Source: Candidatus Saganbacteria bacterium (GTDB lineage: Bacteria; Margulisbacteria; WOR-1; XYC2-FULL-46-14; XYC2-FULL-37-10). Taken from it: a DNA stretch of 64,000 nt. The notes under the pieces were generated by a model. The model worked only from the letters and a program-made list of their open reading frames with translations, was not told the origin of the DNA and ran no database searches. A program made the translations under genes and the position numbers. The stretch's first letter is position 1. The number at the start of each line of letters is the position of its first letter. Positions 1-11,868 of the stretch are shown here, one piece after another. The DNA is taken from positions 74,078 to 138,077 of the forward strand of contig JACRPL010000003.1 in the NCBI GenBank assembly GCA_016223245.1. The letters run 5' to 3'.

Positions 1-149
1 GCTCGGGCGCAGGATTCCGACAAACAAAAAGGGAAAGAAGTTGGCGGCGACGGTTACATCGTAAAACCTTTCGAATCCCAGGAGCTTCTTGATAAGATCA
101 AAGGATTTCTGGGAAAATAAATAAAGATAATTAATGGCCTTTTTTGAGC

Positions 150-250
150 CTGCGAATGAACTTCGCGGTTACAAAAAAGGAAGGAGACGTGAGGAAACCG
201 CGACGCTTGTCCCGATTCCCACATCGGGATTTAGTCGCTGGTTTGCGAAC
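150..250 (+). repeat. IS-end-related hairpin repeat in the nadE 5' leader (CTGCGAATGAACTTCGCGGTT...GAAACCGCGACgcttgtCCCGATtcccacATCGGGatttagGTCGCtGGTTTgcgaac)
   Basis: Nested stem-loops read directly; core 45 nt identical to the left ends of IS copies A and B; lacks the terminal GAGTTGCTAA..GGTCTCA. Confidence 0.6.
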
Positions 251-260
251 TTAAAATCAT

Positions 261-1850
261 ATGAAGATCGCGTTGGCGCAAATAAATCCTATTGTCGGTG
301 ATATTCAAGGCAATACAAAAAAGATCACCGATTTTATTAATGAAGCAATAGTACAAGATGCCGATCTTGTTGTTTTTCCGGAGCTTGCGATCGTTGGATA
401 TCCTCCCGAAGATCTGCTTTTAAAACCACAATTTATAACTGACAACTTAGAGGCCCTTAAAGAGATCGCCGCATCATGCGGCAATCTCGCTTGTTATGTG
501 GGGTTTGTCGATAAGAAAAATGACCAGATATTCAATGCTGGCGCATTTATTGTTGATAAAAAAATAAAAGAGATTTACCATAAAAATAATTTGCCCAATT
601 ATTCGGTATTTGATGAAAAAAGATATTTTACGGAGGGCGGTAAATCTTCGGTCATAAGTTTTAGGGGGTATAAAATAGGACTTTCAATATGCGAAGATAT
701 TTGGGTCGAGCGCGGGCCTTATTATGATGAAGCCAAAAAAGGCGCAAAGATAATTTTGAATATCAACGCTTCTCCTTATCACAGGGGAAAGATCAAAGAG
801 CGCGAAAAACTCCTAAGATCAAGAGCCAAGGCTATAAAAGCATATACAATATATGTGAATATGGTTGGAGGGCAGGATGAGTTCGTATTTGACGGTGGAA
901 GCATGGTTGTGAGCCCGGAAGGCGAGGCCGTTGCAGCGGCCAAACAGTTCAAAGAAGAACTTTTTATTTTCGACCTTGGCGGGAAAAAACAGAAAAATAC
1001 ATGGCTTGGCGATCATGATGAAGTTTATGAAGCCTTGTTATTGAATTTAAGGGATTATGCCAGGAAGAATAAGTTTTCCGATGTAATAATCGGCGTTTCG
1101 GGAGGGATAGATTCCGCTTTGACCTTGACTTTAGCTGTTGACGCATTGGGAAAAGATAAAGTCCATGCGGTTTATATGCCTTCCCCATATTCCGCAAGAC
1201 AAAGCCTTGAAGATTCGCAAACGCTTTGCGCAAATCTGGGTTTAGAGCTAAAAGTTATCCCGATCAGCGGCATCTTTTCGACATATCTAAAAGAACTTGA
1301 TCTTCATTTTGAAGGAAAACCCGCCAATATTGCAGAAGAGAATCTTCAAGCAAGGATCCGCGGCAATATCTTGATGGGCCTATCGAACAAATTCGGATAT
1401 TTAGTATTAACAACCGGCAATAAGTCCGAAATGTCGACCGGCTATTGTACATTGTACGGCGATATGGCCGGGGGGTATTCTATGCTCAAGGATCTCCCAA
1501 AAACATTGGTTTATAAGCTTGTCGATTTCAGGAATAAAAAATCGGAAGCGATCCCAAATTCTATCATTGTGCGGCCGCCTACCGCCGAATTAAAACCTAA
1601 CCAAACCGATCAAGACACGCTCCCAGATTATGATATCCTGGATCCCATCATGCAGGCTTATGTTGAAGAAAATAAAAGTATCAAACAAATTGCGGCAAAA
1701 GGATTTGATTCCGCCGTCGTAAAAAAAATAATTGCTATGATCGACAATTCCGAATACAAGCGCCGACAGTCGCCTCCCGGCCCCAAGATCACCCCGCGAG
1801 CGTTCGGCAAAGATTGGCGGCTACCGATAACGAACGGATATAAATCCTAA
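261..1850 (+). CDS. nadE: glutamine-dependent NAD+ synthetase (CN-hydrolase domain fused to NAD synthetase domain)
   Basis: 529 aa ORF; N-terminal nitrilase/CN-hydrolase-like region (FPELAIVGYPPEDLL), C-terminal PP-loop SGGIDS motif typical of NAD synthetase. Confidence 0.85.
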   Translation: MKIALAQINPIVGDIQGNTKKITDFINEAIVQDADLVVFPELAIVGYPPEDLLLKPQFITDNLEALKEIAASCGNLACYVGFVDKKNDQIFNAGAFIVDKKIKEIYHKNNLPNYSVFDEKRYFTEGGKSSVISFRGYKIGLSICEDIWVERGPYYDEAKKGAKIILNINASPYHRGKIKEREKLLRSRAKAIKAYTIYVNMVGGQDEFVFDGGSMVVSPEGEAVAAAKQFKEELFIFDLGGKKQKNTWLGDHDEVYEALLLNLRDYARKNKFSDVIIGVSGGIDSALTLTLAVDALGKDKVHAVYMPSPYSARQSLEDSQTLCANLGLELKVIPISGIFSTYLKELDLHFEGKPANIAEENLQARIRGNILMGLSNKFGYLVLTTGNKSEMSTGYCTLYGDMAGGYSMLKDLPKTLVYKLVDFRNKKSEAIPNSIIVRPPTAELKPNQTDQDTLPDYDILDPIMQAYVEENKSIKQIAAKGFDSAVVKKIIAMIDNSEYKRRQSPPGPKITPRAFGKDWRLPITNGYKS

Positions 1851-1895
1851 AAGCCACTTGACAATATCTACAAAATTGTATATCATGTTACAATA

Positions 1896-3404
1896 ATGAA
1901 GGACATCAAAGCTACTGTTCTTGTAGAAATAAGCGATGTGTTGTCGTCCTCGCTCGATCTTGCCAAAACATTGAATTCCATTTTAAAAGTTCTATCCGAT
2001 TCACTTGGCATGGAGCGCGGAACAATTACTCTTGTCGATCCTAAAACTTCCGAACTTCACATAGAAGTTGCGCATGGGCTCACAAACCAAGAAAAAGAAA
2101 GAGGCAAATATAAAATAGGAGAAGGGATCACGGGCAAGGTCGTTGAGACCGGGAAACCTATGATCATTCCTAATATCGAAGCTGAACCATCGTTTTTGGA
2201 CAGGACGCAGGCAAGAAGGAATTTAAAAGAAAGAAAATTTGCTTTTCTTTGCGTTCCAATAAAGATCGGAAACAAGATCATCGGAGCTCTTTCGGTCGAT
2301 CATTTATTTAAGTCGGATGTTTCTTTTGAAGAAGACATAAAACTGCTAACGATCATTGCTTCGATGGTCGGCCAAGCCGTCATGATCCGCGAAATGGCGG
2401 AAAAAGACAAGCAAGCGGTCGTTTCCGAAAATATAAAGCTTAAGCAGGAATTGAAAGGCAGATATAAATTCAAGAATATCATTTATAGCTCAAGCGTTAT
2501 GGAATCCATGCTTGAAGGCGCGATGCAGGTTGCGGAGAGTTCGGCTACCGTCTTGATACTTGGCGAGTCGGGAACGGGTAAAGAGCTTGTCGCATCGGCT
2601 GTCCATTATTCAAGTCCCAGAGCCAATAAGCCCTTTATTAAAGTAGCTTGCGCCGCGTTACCGGAAAATCTTTTGGAATCGGAACTTTTCGGGTACGAAA
2701 GAGGAGCGTTTACGGGAGCTATGGAGCGAAAGATCGGCAGATTTGAAATGGCCGATAACGGGACGATATTTCTTGATGAAATAGGCGACTTAACGCTCTC
2801 AACTCAAGTTAAGCTTTTGAGAGTTGTTCAAGAAAAAGAGTTTGAAAGATTAGGCGGGACGCAGACGATAAAAGTTGACGTCAGAGTTGTCGCCGCAACT
2901 CATAGGGACCTTTCCGCAATGGTTAAAGATAGGAAATTCAGGGAAGATCTTTTTTATAGGATAAACGTTTTTCCTATTCACCTGCCGCCGCTTCGCGAAA
3001 GAAGAGAAGATCTCCCTGTTTTGATAGACCATTTTATCGGAAAATATAATAAAGAGAACAAGAAAAAGATAAAAGGAATAAATAGGGCGGCCCTAGATGT
3101 CCTTATGGCTTATTCATGGCCCGGAAATATCAGGGAGCTTGAAAATGCAATTGAGCGCGCTGTAGTATTGAGCAAGAAGGATGTTATTACCCCAACTGAA
3201 ATACCGCAAAATATCCAAACGACTAAAGATATTGGAGCGGCTTCGGCTGGGGCAACGCTTCCTGAAATTGTTGAAGCGATCGAGAAGCAAAAAATAGAAG
3301 AAGCTTTAAAGAATTTTAAGACACAGAGAAATGCCGCGCGCGCATTGGGAATAACCGAGAGAATGCTTGGCTATAAAATAAAGATCTATAACATCTCCGC
3401 CTGA
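1896..3404 (+). CDS. sigma-54-dependent transcriptional activator, GAF sensor + AAA+ + Fis-type HTH (NifA-like)
   Basis: 502 aa; GESGTGKE Walker [16 protein letters not shown] sigma-54 interaction hallmark, C-terminal HTH ([19 protein letters not shown]); N-terminal GAF-like region. Confidence 0.85.
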   Translation: MKDIKATVLVEISDVLSSSLDLAKTLNSILKVLSDSLGMERGTITLVDPKTSELHIEVAHGLTNQEKERGKYKIGEGITGKVVETGKPMIIPNIEAEPSFLDRTQARRNLKERKFAFLCVPIKIGNKIIGALSVDHLFKSDVSFEEDIKLLTIIASMVGQAVMIREMAEKDKQAVVSENIKLKQELKGRYKFKNIIYSSSVMESMLEGAMQVAESSATVLILGESGTGKELVASAVHYSSPRANKPFIKVACAALPENLLESELFGYERGAFTGAMERKIGRFEMADNGTIFLDEIGDLTLSTQVKLLRVVQEKEFERLGGTQTIKVDVRVVAATHRDLSAMVKDRKFREDLFYRINVFPIHLPPLRERREDLPVLIDHFIGKYNKENKKKIKGINRAALDVLMAYSWPGNIRELENAIERAVVLSKKDVITPTEIPQNIQTTKDIGAASAGATLPEIVEAIEKQKIEEALKNFKTQRNAARALGITERMLGYKIKIYNISA

Positions 3405-3464
3405 TACAAAAATGTATATACATACAATATTGTAATTAACTTGACTAATACCCCTCGTAAATAT

Positions 3465-3481
3465 CTGGTATTATAATTGCT
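3465..3481 (+). promoter_or_regulatory. sigma-54 (-24/-12) promoter for the secreted-protein/amt/glnK operon
   Basis: CTGGTATTATAATTGCT: GG-N10-GC, TTGC at -12; TTGACT/TATAAT-like hexamers nearby are 25 nt apart, so not sigma-70. Confidence 0.55.
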
Positions 3482-3515
3482 CCTACTAGCCCATAATGGG
3501 AAAAAGGAGCGCTTT

Positions 3516-4277
3516 ATGAAAGTAAAAATCGTCGCTATGTCTCTTTGTTTCTATGTCGCTATGTCGCTTTGTCTCATTGTTTCAGCGGGGGCGACGCCGT
3601 CGACGACTTATTGGACGCCATGCGTCTACGATGTCCAAGGTTACGGTGTGTGGCACATTGGTATAGACAACTATTTTACGGCATTAACAAAGTTCACCGA
3701 AACTCCGGGCGCGGGAGCATTTCCTACCGATGTCGGCTTGACGGTCGGCGTACTTCCAGGGGATAAGATCCAGGCCGAAGTCGGGATCGATTATATGGAA
3801 CCGTTAAACGACCCGTTCTTCCTGAACGGAAAAATAGGAATGCCTGAAGGCGCTCTTTTTTCTGGATCTCCGGCCGTGAACCTCGGTATATTTAACGTCG
3901 GCTTGAACCAAGCGACATCCGGGCAGAACATTATCCATCTTGTCCTTGGAAAAGATCTTGGCGCGGCAGGCAGGATACATGCGTGCCCGTATTACACAGG
4001 GAACTTCAGCTCGCTCGGGTTAGGGACAGACAATTCCGGCTGGATGCTTGGATATGATAAAGGGTTTGCGCCAGTTAAGGATTCTTCCGGCGAATACAAC
4101 AGGATTGTTTTTGCGGCAGACTATTCTTCTGGCAATAATGCTTTAGGCGGCGGCGGCTTCGGCCTTTATTATTTCTTTAATAAAACAATTAGCTTGTTAA
4201 CAGGCCCCGTGTTCTTTAACAGCACTGCGCTGAACGGCAAGTGGAAATGGACGACCCAGTTGGATATCAACATATAA
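3516..4277 (+). CDS. secreted hypothetical protein (signal peptide), first gene of a sigma-54-driven operon with amt
   Basis: Start chosen at MKVKIV after AAAGGAG RBS (ORF track begins 3477); hydrophobic signal peptide; Gly/aromatic-rich; no recognisable family. Confidence 0.45.
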   Translation: MKVKIVAMSLCFYVAMSLCLIVSAGATPSTTYWTPCVYDVQGYGVWHIGIDNYFTALTKFTETPGAGAFPTDVGLTVGVLPGDKIQAEVGIDYMEPLNDPFFLNGKIGMPEGALFSGSPAVNLGIFNVGLNQATSGQNIIHLVLGKDLGAAGRIHACPYYTGNFSSLGLGTDNSGWMLGYDKGFAPVKDSSGEYNRIVFAADYSSGNNALGGGGFGLYYFFNKTISLLTGPVFFNSTALNGKWKWTTQLDINI

Positions 4278-4292
4278 AAGGAGGCGAGTAAA

Positions 4293-5995
<1,703 letters not shown>

Positions 5996-6115
5996 ACTAT
6001 GGGGGGGCTGTCCTTGTTAACTTTATTGCTAACACCTTCAAAGGGCAGCCTCTTCAATATTGTAACTAATTGGCCAATAAAATACAATAATGTATGATTT
6101 TGCCTAACATTCTCT

Positions 6116-6131
6116 TGGCTGAATAATTGCT
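6116..6131 (+). promoter_or_regulatory. sigma-54 (-24/-12) promoter upstream of amt copy 2
   Basis: TTGGCTGAATAATTGCT: GG-N10-GC with TTGC at -12; about 30 nt upstream of ATG 6160. Confidence 0.6.
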
Positions 6132-6159
6132 ACAATATGGGCATAGGAAGGTGTTAGTT

Positions 6160-7377
6160 ATGATAAATACCGGAGATACCGCTTGGGTTTTGATCTCGAC
6201 CGCTCTTGTAATAATGATGACCCCCGCTCTTGCATTCTTTTACGGAGGTATGGTCAGAAAAAAGAACCTGCTTTCAACTTTGATGCTGTCCGTTGTGATC
6301 TTGTGCCTAATTTCTATACAATGGGTATTGTACGGCTATACTTTAGCTTTTGGAAATGATCACGCAGGATTAATTGGCGGACTTCAATGGTTAGGACTTA
6401 TGGGTGTAGGCCAAGCTCCAAATGCCGCATATGCCGCAACAATCCCGCATCTCGCATTTATGGTTTTCCAAATGGCTTTCGCAGTCATTACTCCAGCTCT
6501 AATAACTGGAGCTTTTGTTGAAAGAATAAATTTCTCGGGATTTTTGGTATTTACATTACTTTGGTCAACATTTATATATGATCCGGTTGCCCACTGGGTA
6601 TGGGGTGTTGGCGGATGGCTTAGGAATCTTGGAGCGCTTGATTTCGCTGGAGGAACTGTTGTCCATATTACCGCCGGTGTCACGGCTCTTGCTATCGCTA
6701 TGGTTATCGGAAAAAGACGAGGATACGGAAAGTTTCCTATGGAGCCTTCAAATATTCCATTAACAATTCTTGGAGCATTTCTACTATGGTTTGGATGGTT
6801 CGGGTTTAACGGTGGATCGGCTCTCTCATGCGGTGGATTAGCTGCATCAGCTTTTGTTGTAACGACAATTGCTGCAGCGGCGGCTGGTCTCACTTGGACG
6901 ATAGTTAGCTGGATCCATAAAAGACCTAGTGTTCTAGGTTTGGCTACCGGTGCGGTAGTTGGGCTTGTTGCGATAACCCCGGCGTCGGGATTTGTTAGCC
7001 CCCTTTCTTCTATAGTAATAGGAACCGTTGCCGCGTTGATCTCTTATTATGCAATTTTGATCAGGACAAAGTCCGGGCTTGACGATTCATTGGATGTATT
7101 TGCCTGCCACGGAATGGGGGGGATGGTTGGAGCATTACTCACCGGACTATTTGCCGAAAAGGCGATCAATCCTGCCGGAGCTAACGGATTGTTCTTTGGA
7201 AATCCGGCCCAGTTTGGGATACAAGCTCTGACAGTATTAGTTGTGGCTTCTTTCTCATTTATTGTAAGTTTTATTCTGGCAAAGATCGTTGATGCGATAT
7301 TTTCATTAAGGGCAAGAGTGGAAGAAGAAGAGGTTGGGCTCGATATCAGCCAGCACGGCGAATCCGCTTTTAGTTAA
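6160..7377 (+). CDS. amt: ammonium transporter (Amt family), copy 2
   Basis: Start set at MINTGDTAWV after GGAAGGTG (ORF track begins 6127); close paralogue of copy 3. Confidence 0.85.
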   Translation: MINTGDTAWVLISTALVIMMTPALAFFYGGMVRKKNLLSTLMLSVVILCLISIQWVLYGYTLAFGNDHAGLIGGLQWLGLMGVGQAPNAAYAATIPHLAFMVFQMAFAVITPALITGAFVERINFSGFLVFTLLWSTFIYDPVAHWVWGVGGWLRNLGALDFAGGTVVHITAGVTALAIAMVIGKRRGYGKFPMEPSNIPLTILGAFLLWFGWFGFNGGSALSCGGLAASAFVVTTIAAAAAGLTWTIVSWIHKRPSVLGLATGAVVGLVAITPASGFVSPLSSIVIGTVAALISYYAILIRTKSGLDDSLDVFACHGMGGMVGALLTGLFAEKAINPAGANGLFFGNPAQFGIQALTVLVVASFSFIVSFILAKIVDAIFSLRARVEEEEVGLDISQHGESAFS

Positions 7378-7393
7378 TAAGGGGGAGAATATT

Positions 7394-7738
7394 ATGGGGT
7401 TAAAAAAAATAGAAGCGATTATTAGAGTTGAAAAACTTGAAGAAATTAAAAATGCTCTTGAGGAGAAAGGTTTCATTGGGATGACTTTGACCGATGTAAA
7501 AGGCAGAGGGAACCAGAAAGGCATTTTGCTTGAATGGCGTGCCGGAGAATATAGGGTGGAGTTTCTTCCAAAATTAAAGATCGAGCTTGTTGTCGATGAA
7601 TCAAGCGTTGAAACAGTTGTTTCGATCATATCCGATACCGCAAGGACCGGACGAGCTGGAGACGGAAAGATATTTACATCACCGGTTGACGAAGTTGTGA
7701 GGGTCAGGACCGGCGAAAAAGGTAGATCGGTTCTATAA
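7394..7738 (+). CDS. glnK: P-II nitrogen regulatory protein GlnK, copy 2
   Basis: Start at MGLKKIEAII after GGGGGAG RBS; T-loop RGNQKG...EWRAGEY with conserved Tyr51. Confidence 0.9.
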   Translation: MGLKKIEAIIRVEKLEEIKNALEEKGFIGMTLTDVKGRGNQKGILLEWRAGEYRVEFLPKLKIELVVDESSVETVVSIISDTARTGRAGDGKIFTSPVDEVVRVRTGEKGRSVL

Positions 7739-7870
7739 TACATATTTGTATAATAATTAGGCAAACGCTAATTATTTAATACAAAAATGTAGATTAGTTG
7801 ATGTTTTGTGTGCTATAAAATTAGGCTTAATAATGCCTAAAAATAAAGCATAATGGGCATTGGTGTCTTC

Positions 7871-7887
7871 TTGGCAAGTTAATTGCT
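7871..7887 (+). promoter_or_regulatory. sigma-54 (-24/-12) promoter upstream of amt copy 3
   Basis: TTGGCAAGTTAATTGCT, excellent match to TGGCAC-N5-TTGCA; 30 nt before ATG 7917. Confidence 0.65.
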
Positions 7888-7916
7888 GCCATTCCTTTTG
7901 AAGGAAGGTGTTAGCA

Positions 7917-9131
7917 ATGATCAATAGCGGCGATACCGCGTGGGTGCTCATTTCAACTGCTCTTGTGATCCTCATGACCCCGGCTCTCGGATTTTTCTAC
8001 GGCGGCATGGTCAGAAAGAAGAATCTTTTGTCAACCATCATGCTATCGATCACTATGCTCGCCATGATCTCGGTACAATGGATACTTTATGGATATACAA
8101 TTGCGTTCGGTCCTGATCGCGGAGGGATAATAGGAGGCCTTGATTGGCTGGGCCTAGCTCATGTAACGGGCGCTCCCTATGCGGCTTATGCTCCGGGAAT
8201 ACCTCATCTTGCTTTTATGATGTTTCAATTAGCTTTTGCTGTAATTACTCCCGCCCTTATTACGGGTGCTTTTGTCGAGAGAATTAATTTCTCGGGTTTT
8301 TTGGTTTTTACGCTTCTTTGGTCAACGTTCGTCTATGCGCCTGTTGCGCATTGGGTATGGGGGATTGGCGGATGGATGAGAAATATGGGTGTCCTTGATT
8401 TTGCCGGCGGCGCCGTAGTGCATATTACGGCGGGTATTTCGGCGCTCGCTGTCGCATTGGTCATTGGAAAAAGAAAAGGTTATGGAAAAGTCCCAATGGA
8501 ACCATCCAATATTCCTCTTACTGTTCTTGGTGCGTTTCTTTTATGGTTCGGTTGGTTTGGGTTTAACGGTGGATCGGCGCTTTCAGCTGGTGCGATCGCA
8601 ACCCAAGCAATTGTCGCGACAAATGCCGCAGGAGCTGCCGCGGCGCTTACTTGGATGATAATCTCTTGGAGCCACAAACGTCCTTCTGCGCTCGGTTTTT
8701 CTACCGGAGCAATTGCCGGCCTTGCCGCAGTAACCCCTGCTTCAGGTTTTGTTAGCCCCCTTTCTGCTTTGATGATAGGAGTTGTAGCGGCAATATTTTC
8801 ATACTACATGATAATCTTCAGGATGAAGATCGGTTTCGACGAATCTCTTGATGTTTTTGCTTGCCATGGGATAGGCGGTATGTGGGGGATCATTGCAACA
8901 GGTCTTTTCGCCGAAAAAGCATTGAATCCCGCAGGCGCCAATGGGCTTTTCTTTGGGAATATAACGCAATTCAAGATCCAATTAATAGCTGTTGCGGTAA
9001 TAGCCATATTCTCATTTGCGGCGACCTATATTTTAGCAAAAATTGTTGATACAATGTTTTTATTGCGGGCAAAAGACAACGAAGAAGATGTTGGCCTCGA
9101 TATCGCCCAGCATGGGGAGTCGGTGTACTAA
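7917..9131 (+). CDS. amt: ammonium transporter (Amt family), copy 3
   Basis: Start at MINSGDTAWV after GGAAGGTG; near-identical N-terminus to copy 2. Confidence 0.85.
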   Translation: MINSGDTAWVLISTALVILMTPALGFFYGGMVRKKNLLSTIMLSITMLAMISVQWILYGYTIAFGPDRGGIIGGLDWLGLAHVTGAPYAAYAPGIPHLAFMMFQLAFAVITPALITGAFVERINFSGFLVFTLLWSTFVYAPVAHWVWGIGGWMRNMGVLDFAGGAVVHITAGISALAVALVIGKRKGYGKVPMEPSNIPLTVLGAFLLWFGWFGFNGGSALSAGAIATQAIVATNAAGAAAALTWMIISWSHKRPSALGFSTGAIAGLAAVTPASGFVSPLSALMIGVVAAIFSYYMIIFRMKIGFDESLDVFACHGIGGMWGIIATGLFAEKALNPAGANGLFFGNITQFKIQLIAVAVIAIFSFAATYILAKIVDTMFLLRAKDNEEDVGLDIAQHGESVY

Positions 9132-9132
9132 T

Positions 9133-9471
9133 ATGAAAAAGATCGAAGCGATAATCAGGGTTGAAAAACTTGAAGAAGTAAAAAATGCGCTCGAAGAAAA
9201 AGGCATTATCGGGATGACAGTTACCGAGGTTAAAGGACGTGGTACGCAAAAAGGGATACTACTTGAATGGCGTGCAGGCGAATATAGGGTAGAGTTCCTT
9301 CCAAAATTAAAAGTTGAAGTTGTTGTGAAGGAATCCGATGCGGACGCAGTTGTAAAAGCGATAGCCGATGCCGCAAGAACAGGCCGCGCGGGTGACGGAA
9401 AAATATTTATTTCGACTATTGAAGCTGTAGTAAGGGTCAGGACGGGCGAAAGCGGACAAACGGCTCTTTAA
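9133..9471 (+). CDS. glnK: P-II nitrogen regulatory protein GlnK, copy 3
   Basis: Start MKKIEAIIRVEKLEE two nt after the amt stop (translationally coupled); near-identical to copy 2. Confidence 0.9.
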   Translation: MKKIEAIIRVEKLEEVKNALEEKGIIGMTVTEVKGRGTQKGILLEWRAGEYRVEFLPKLKVEVVVKESDADAVVKAIADAARTGRAGDGKIFISTIEAVVRVRTGESGQTAL

Positions 9472-9491
9472 ACTACAAAATTGTCAATATT

Positions 9492-9510
9492 ATGCTAAAA
9501 TATTTAGCAT
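9492..9510. promoter_or_regulatory. perfect 19-bp palindrome ATGCTAAAATATTTAGCAT just upstream of the glnN sigma-54 promoter
   Basis: ATGCTAAA-ata-TTTAGCAT read directly; candidate regulator/IHF-type site. Confidence 0.35.
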
Positions 9511-9516
9511 TCAATA

Positions 9517-9533
9517 GTGGCATATTAATTGCT
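9517..9533 (+). promoter_or_regulatory. sigma-54 (-24/-12) promoter upstream of glnN
   Basis: GTGGCATATTAATTGCT; followed by a direct 17-bp repeat of the -12 region (catattaattgctatat x2). Confidence 0.6.
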
Positions 9534-9592
9534 ATATCATATTAATTGCTATATTTTAAATAGATATCGACAAATAAAGGAGAATGATAAAA

Positions 9593-11683
9593 ATGGCAAA
9601 AACGGCGAGCCAGATATTCGGAGAGCTCACATTCAGCAAAAAGGTGATGAAAGAAAAATTAAGCAAAGAAGTCTATGCAAAGCTGGTTTCGACTTTGGAT
9701 AGGGGCGCCTCATTGGACGAAACGATCGCAGGCGATGTTGCCCATGCAATGAAAGAATGGGCGATAGAAAATGGCGCAACGCATTTTACCCATTGGTTCC
9801 AGCCGCAGCGCGGCGGCACAGCCGAAAAGCATGATGCATTTCTAAGCTACGGAAAAGATGGGGATATGATCGAACGTTTCAGCGCAAAGCAGTTGATACA
9901 ATCCGAGCCTGATGCGTCAAGTTTCCCGTCAGGCGGCATCAGATCAACATTCGAAGCCAGAGGATATACAGCTTGGGATCCTACAAGCCCGGCATTTTTG
10001 CTTGAAGCAGGCAATACAAAGACTTTGGTTATTCCCACGGTTTATTTATCTTGGACAGGTGAAGTTCTTGATCTCAAAGCTCCCCTCCTTCGTTCAATGA
10101 AAGCTTTGACCGAATCAGCGATCAAACTTCAGAAATTGTTAGGCAACAATTCGGTTAAAAAGATCAATGTTTACGGCGGGCCCGAACAAGAATATTTCTT
10201 GGTATCAAAAGAGCTCTACGAATCACGCCCGGATCTTCGCATAACCGGCAGGACGCTTTTTGGCGCGGCTCCCGCAAAAGGCCAACAGCTCGAAGACCAT
10301 TACTTTGGTGCGATCAAAGACAAAGTTATGATGTTCATGGAGGATTTTGATAACGAGCTTTATAGGCATGGCATCCCTTCAAAGACCAGGCATAATGAGG
10401 TTTCGCCCAACCAATTTGAAATAGCTCCTCTTTATGAAGAAGCTAATTTGGCGATCGATCACAATCTCCAGCTTATGACGATCATCCAAAAAGTTGCCGA
10501 TAAGCACGGAATGGTTGCGATATTATATGAAAAACCATTTGCTGGTGTTAATGGATCTGGCAAGCATTTCAACTGGTCAATGGGGGATGAGGTTACAAAT
10601 TACCTGGAACCGTCGGATTCACCGATCAAGAACATCAATTTCCTTCTAACACTGGGAGCAATACTTCTTGGGGTGAACAAATTCGGTGGACTTCTTCGTG
10701 CGGCAGTTGCTGACGCAGGGAACGATCACCGTTTAGGTGCAAACGAAGCTCCTCCGGCCATCATGTCTGTTTATCTTGGCGAGCATCTTGCGGGGCTCAT
10801 GGATGAGATCGAGGGCATCGGATCAAAAGTTAACGAAAAGAGCTTGGCGCACATTACATTAGGAGTCAAAAATTTGCCTAAAGTAGCCAAGGATACTTCC
10901 GACAGGAATAGAACCTCTCCAGTAGCTTTTACGGGCAATAAATTCGAATTCCGCGCTGTTGGTTCGTCGCAGAACTGCTCGGAAGCCGCGACAACGCTTA
11001 ATTTGCTGGTAGCTTACGGATATGACGAGATAGTAAAGAAGCTGACGGCTAAAAAAGGCGGGAACGTAAAAGAAAATGCGATCCTTGTTTTGAAAGACGT
11101 CCTAAAAGAAACAAAGAAAGTGCGTTTTGAAGGCAACAATTATTCCGAAGCATGGCACAAAGAAGCGGCAAAGAGGGGATTGCCTAATGCAAAGAATACT
11201 CCCGATGCACTTGATCTTATGCTCGAAAAAGAAGTTGCCGAACTTTTTGAGAAATACGGAGTACTTTCAAAGAGAGAGCTCCATTCAAAAGTGGAGATCA
11301 AAATTGATGCTTACATCAAGCTAAAGGACGTCGAGCTTAAAGCCGGATTAAATATTGCCAGAACTTTAATATTGCCAGCCGTTCTCTCCCAGATCTCGAT
11401 GTTAGGAGACGCAAAGGCGGCTTCAAAATCAACAGCAATTTCCGCAGATCTTAAAATTGCGGCTTCTCTATATTCCGATATCCAATCCGCGATAAAGAGC
11501 CTAGAAAAAGCGATAGTTGTTTGCGAGAAAGAAGAGAATCTTGATAAAAAAGCAAAACTATACGCTAAGAATGGGGCAAATGCGCTGAATGATCTCCGCG
11601 AGAGCGTCGATCGCGCAGAAACAATAGTCGCCGACGGATTCTGGCCGATGGCTAAATATCAGGAGCTTTTAACGATCTTGTAA
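9593..11683 (+). CDS. glnN: glutamine synthetase type III
   Basis: About 697 aa (ORF track 9584); length and N-terminal region (HFTHWFQPQRGGTAEKHD) characteristic of GSIII; AAGGAG RBS. Confidence 0.8.
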   Translation: MAKTASQIFGELTFSKKVMKEKLSKEVYAKLVSTLDRGASLDETIAGDVAHAMKEWAIENGATHFTHWFQPQRGGTAEKHDAFLSYGKDGDMIERFSAKQLIQSEPDASSFPSGGIRSTFEARGYTAWDPTSPAFLLEAGNTKTLVIPTVYLSWTGEVLDLKAPLLRSMKALTESAIKLQKLLGNNSVKKINVYGGPEQEYFLVSKELYESRPDLRITGRTLFGAAPAKGQQLEDHYFGAIKDKVMMFMEDFDNELYRHGIPSKTRHNEVSPNQFEIAPLYEEANLAIDHNLQLMTIIQKVADKHGMVAILYEKPFAGVNGSGKHFNWSMGDEVTNYLEPSDSPIKNINFLLTLGAILLGVNKFGGLLRAAVADAGNDHRLGANEAPPAIMSVYLGEHLAGLMDEIEGIGSKVNEKSLAHITLGVKNLPKVAKDTSDRNRTSPVAFTGNKFEFRAVGSSQNCSEAATTLNLLVAYGYDEIVKKLTAKKGGNVKENAILVLKDVLKETKKVRFEGNNYSEAWHKEAAKRGLPNAKNTPDALDLMLEKEVAELFEKYGVLSKRELHSKVEIKIDAYIKLKDVELKAGLNIARTLILPAVLSQISMLGDAKAASKSTAISADLKIAASLYSDIQSAIKSLEKAIVVCEKEENLDKKAKLYAKNGANALNDLRESVDRAETIVADGFWPMAKYQELLTIL

Positions 11684-11696
11684 TAATGAGACTAGT

Positions 11697-11767
11697 TAGG
11701 AACCTGCAAGTGAACCCTGCCTGCCGGTAGGCACGGCTCGCGGTTTCTGAGTTGCTAACCAGTCTCA
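11697..11767 (+). repeat. partial/variant copy of the IS-end-related hairpin repeat (3' half CGCGGTTTCTGAGTTGCTAACCAGTCTCA)
   Basis: Shares the 3' 29 nt with the left ends of IS copies A and B; upstream part replaced by a different hairpin (TGCCTgccggtAGGCA). Confidence 0.5.
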
Positions 11768-11868
11768 AAATACTTCCCCTCCACTCGGGTGAAATTTTTA
11801 AATTCCCTGCCGATAATATATTGTAGGGGTTTTAACCCCGGATGTAAAGTAAAAACGAGGGAGAAAAA

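Noticed and set aside
121-140. Possible sigma-54-like GG-N10-GC (ATGGCCTTTTTTGAGCC) upstream of nadE
   Set aside because: The -12 element is GAGC rather than TTGC, and the site overlaps the repeat element. Too weak to call.
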